A program made the translations under genes and the position numbers. A stretch of 64,000 nt of DNA from an uncultured Chloroflexia bacterium (GTDB lineage Bacteria; Chloroflexota; Anaerolineae; CG2-30-64-16). Below are positions 63,481 to 64,000 of this stretch, one piece after another. The notes below the pieces were generated by a model. That model saw only the letters and a program-made list of their open reading frames with translations, made no database searches and was not told the origin of the DNA. The DNA lies in contig CAWEMM010000006.1 of the NCBI GenBank assembly GCA_963810095.1, positions 256,001 to 320,000 of the forward strand. The letters run 5' to 3'. The first letter of the stretch is position 1. Each line of letters starts with the position of its first letter.

Positions 63481-64000
63481 TCAGAACGCCGGCGTCGGGT
63501 AGCCGGGCGGATAAATCAGGTACACGGTCCCGCCGGAGTTCGTCAGCCAGAGCGGCTCGAGCTCGGAACGCAGGTAGGTGCGCTGGACATCTTCGTCGGC
63601 TGCCGCGGCCGGGTCGTTCACGATGGGGTTGCCGGCGTTGTCAAACCCGACGATGACGGCCAGGTGCCCACTGCTGGACGGGATGGCCGCGCCGGTCAGA
63701 TCGTTCTTGCCCCACGCAAAGCTGAAGACCACCGGCACGCCCGCTTTCACCCACGGCTCGACCTGGTCGAAGCTGGCGAAGCGTGCGACGTACGCCTCCA
63801 TGCCCCGGCTGGCCGCATAGGCCGTATTGAAGGGCCAGTTGCCGTGGCCGTCATACACGTAGTCGTAGACGCCCTCGACGGCCTTGCGCACCCGCAGCTC
63901 ACACGCCCCAGAATCAATCCCCCAGTAGCCCAGGACCATCGAGACCGAGGTCGGGCTGCACCAGACATTTCCGCCATCCGGGTAGACCATCTGCGAGCAC
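63481..64000 (-). CDS. C39-like peptidase (5' truncated by window edge)
   Basis: SQM...WCSPTSVSMVL, GNWPFNTAYA, GHLAVIVGFD..GNPIVNDPA (Cys-His-Asp). Confidence 0.85.
   Translation of the reverse strand, partial: CSQMVYPDGGNVWCSPTSVSMVLGYWGIDSGACELRVRKAVEGVYDYVYDGHGNWPFNTAYAASRGMEAYVARFASFDQVEPWVKAGVPVVFSFAWGKNDLTGAAIPSSSGHLAVIVGFDNAGNPIVNDPAAAADEDVQRTYLRSELEPLWLTNSGGTVYLIYPPGYPTPAF

Noticed and set aside
1-64000. tRNA, rRNA, prophage, integrase or transposase genes
   Set aside because: No recognisable signatures seen by eye; the only mobile-type features are the intein and the short palindromes.

Overview
GC-rich bacterial chromosomal window. Gene content and protein style suggest Chloroflexota (Anaerolineae/Caldilineae-like); this is an inference. 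Single-base indels break many otherwise normal genes, most likely unpolished long-read errors rather than pseudogenes. In order: an acyl-CoA oxidation cluster (crotonase, NYN-domain protein, two acyl-CoA dehydrogenases, a degenerate EtfBA pair); an S1-domain protein; moeA; two Yip1-like proteins; an ECF sigma/anti-sigma/DUF5666 module; a DHH-CBS tRNA nucleotidyltransferase; a DksA/TraR protein; rpsA with an acidic repeat tail and a long structured leader; canonical etfBA; a GT-C/DUF2723 glycosyltransferase cluster; mtaB-yqeY-7TM-HD-ybeY-dgkA; S8 protease, DUF58 and MoxR; a two-component system; pcrA carrying an intein; maf; yitJ; T-box-valS; a multiheme cytochrome c / cytochrome b-multiheme pair; a Zn-dependent ADH; a GH4 alpha-galactosidase; and a partial C39-like peptidase. 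Most interesting: (1) a split CbcL-like quinol-oxidising module extended by four diheme beads on flexible linkers, 17 CxxCH motifs in total, a candidate extracellular electron conduit; (2) a PcrA intein with a GIY-YIG-like rather than LAGLIDADG core; (3) an unassigned structured RNA upstream of rpsA; (4) several REP-like palindrome families, including nested and in-frame intragenic copies; (5) an ETF pair whose flavin-site motifs appear lost.
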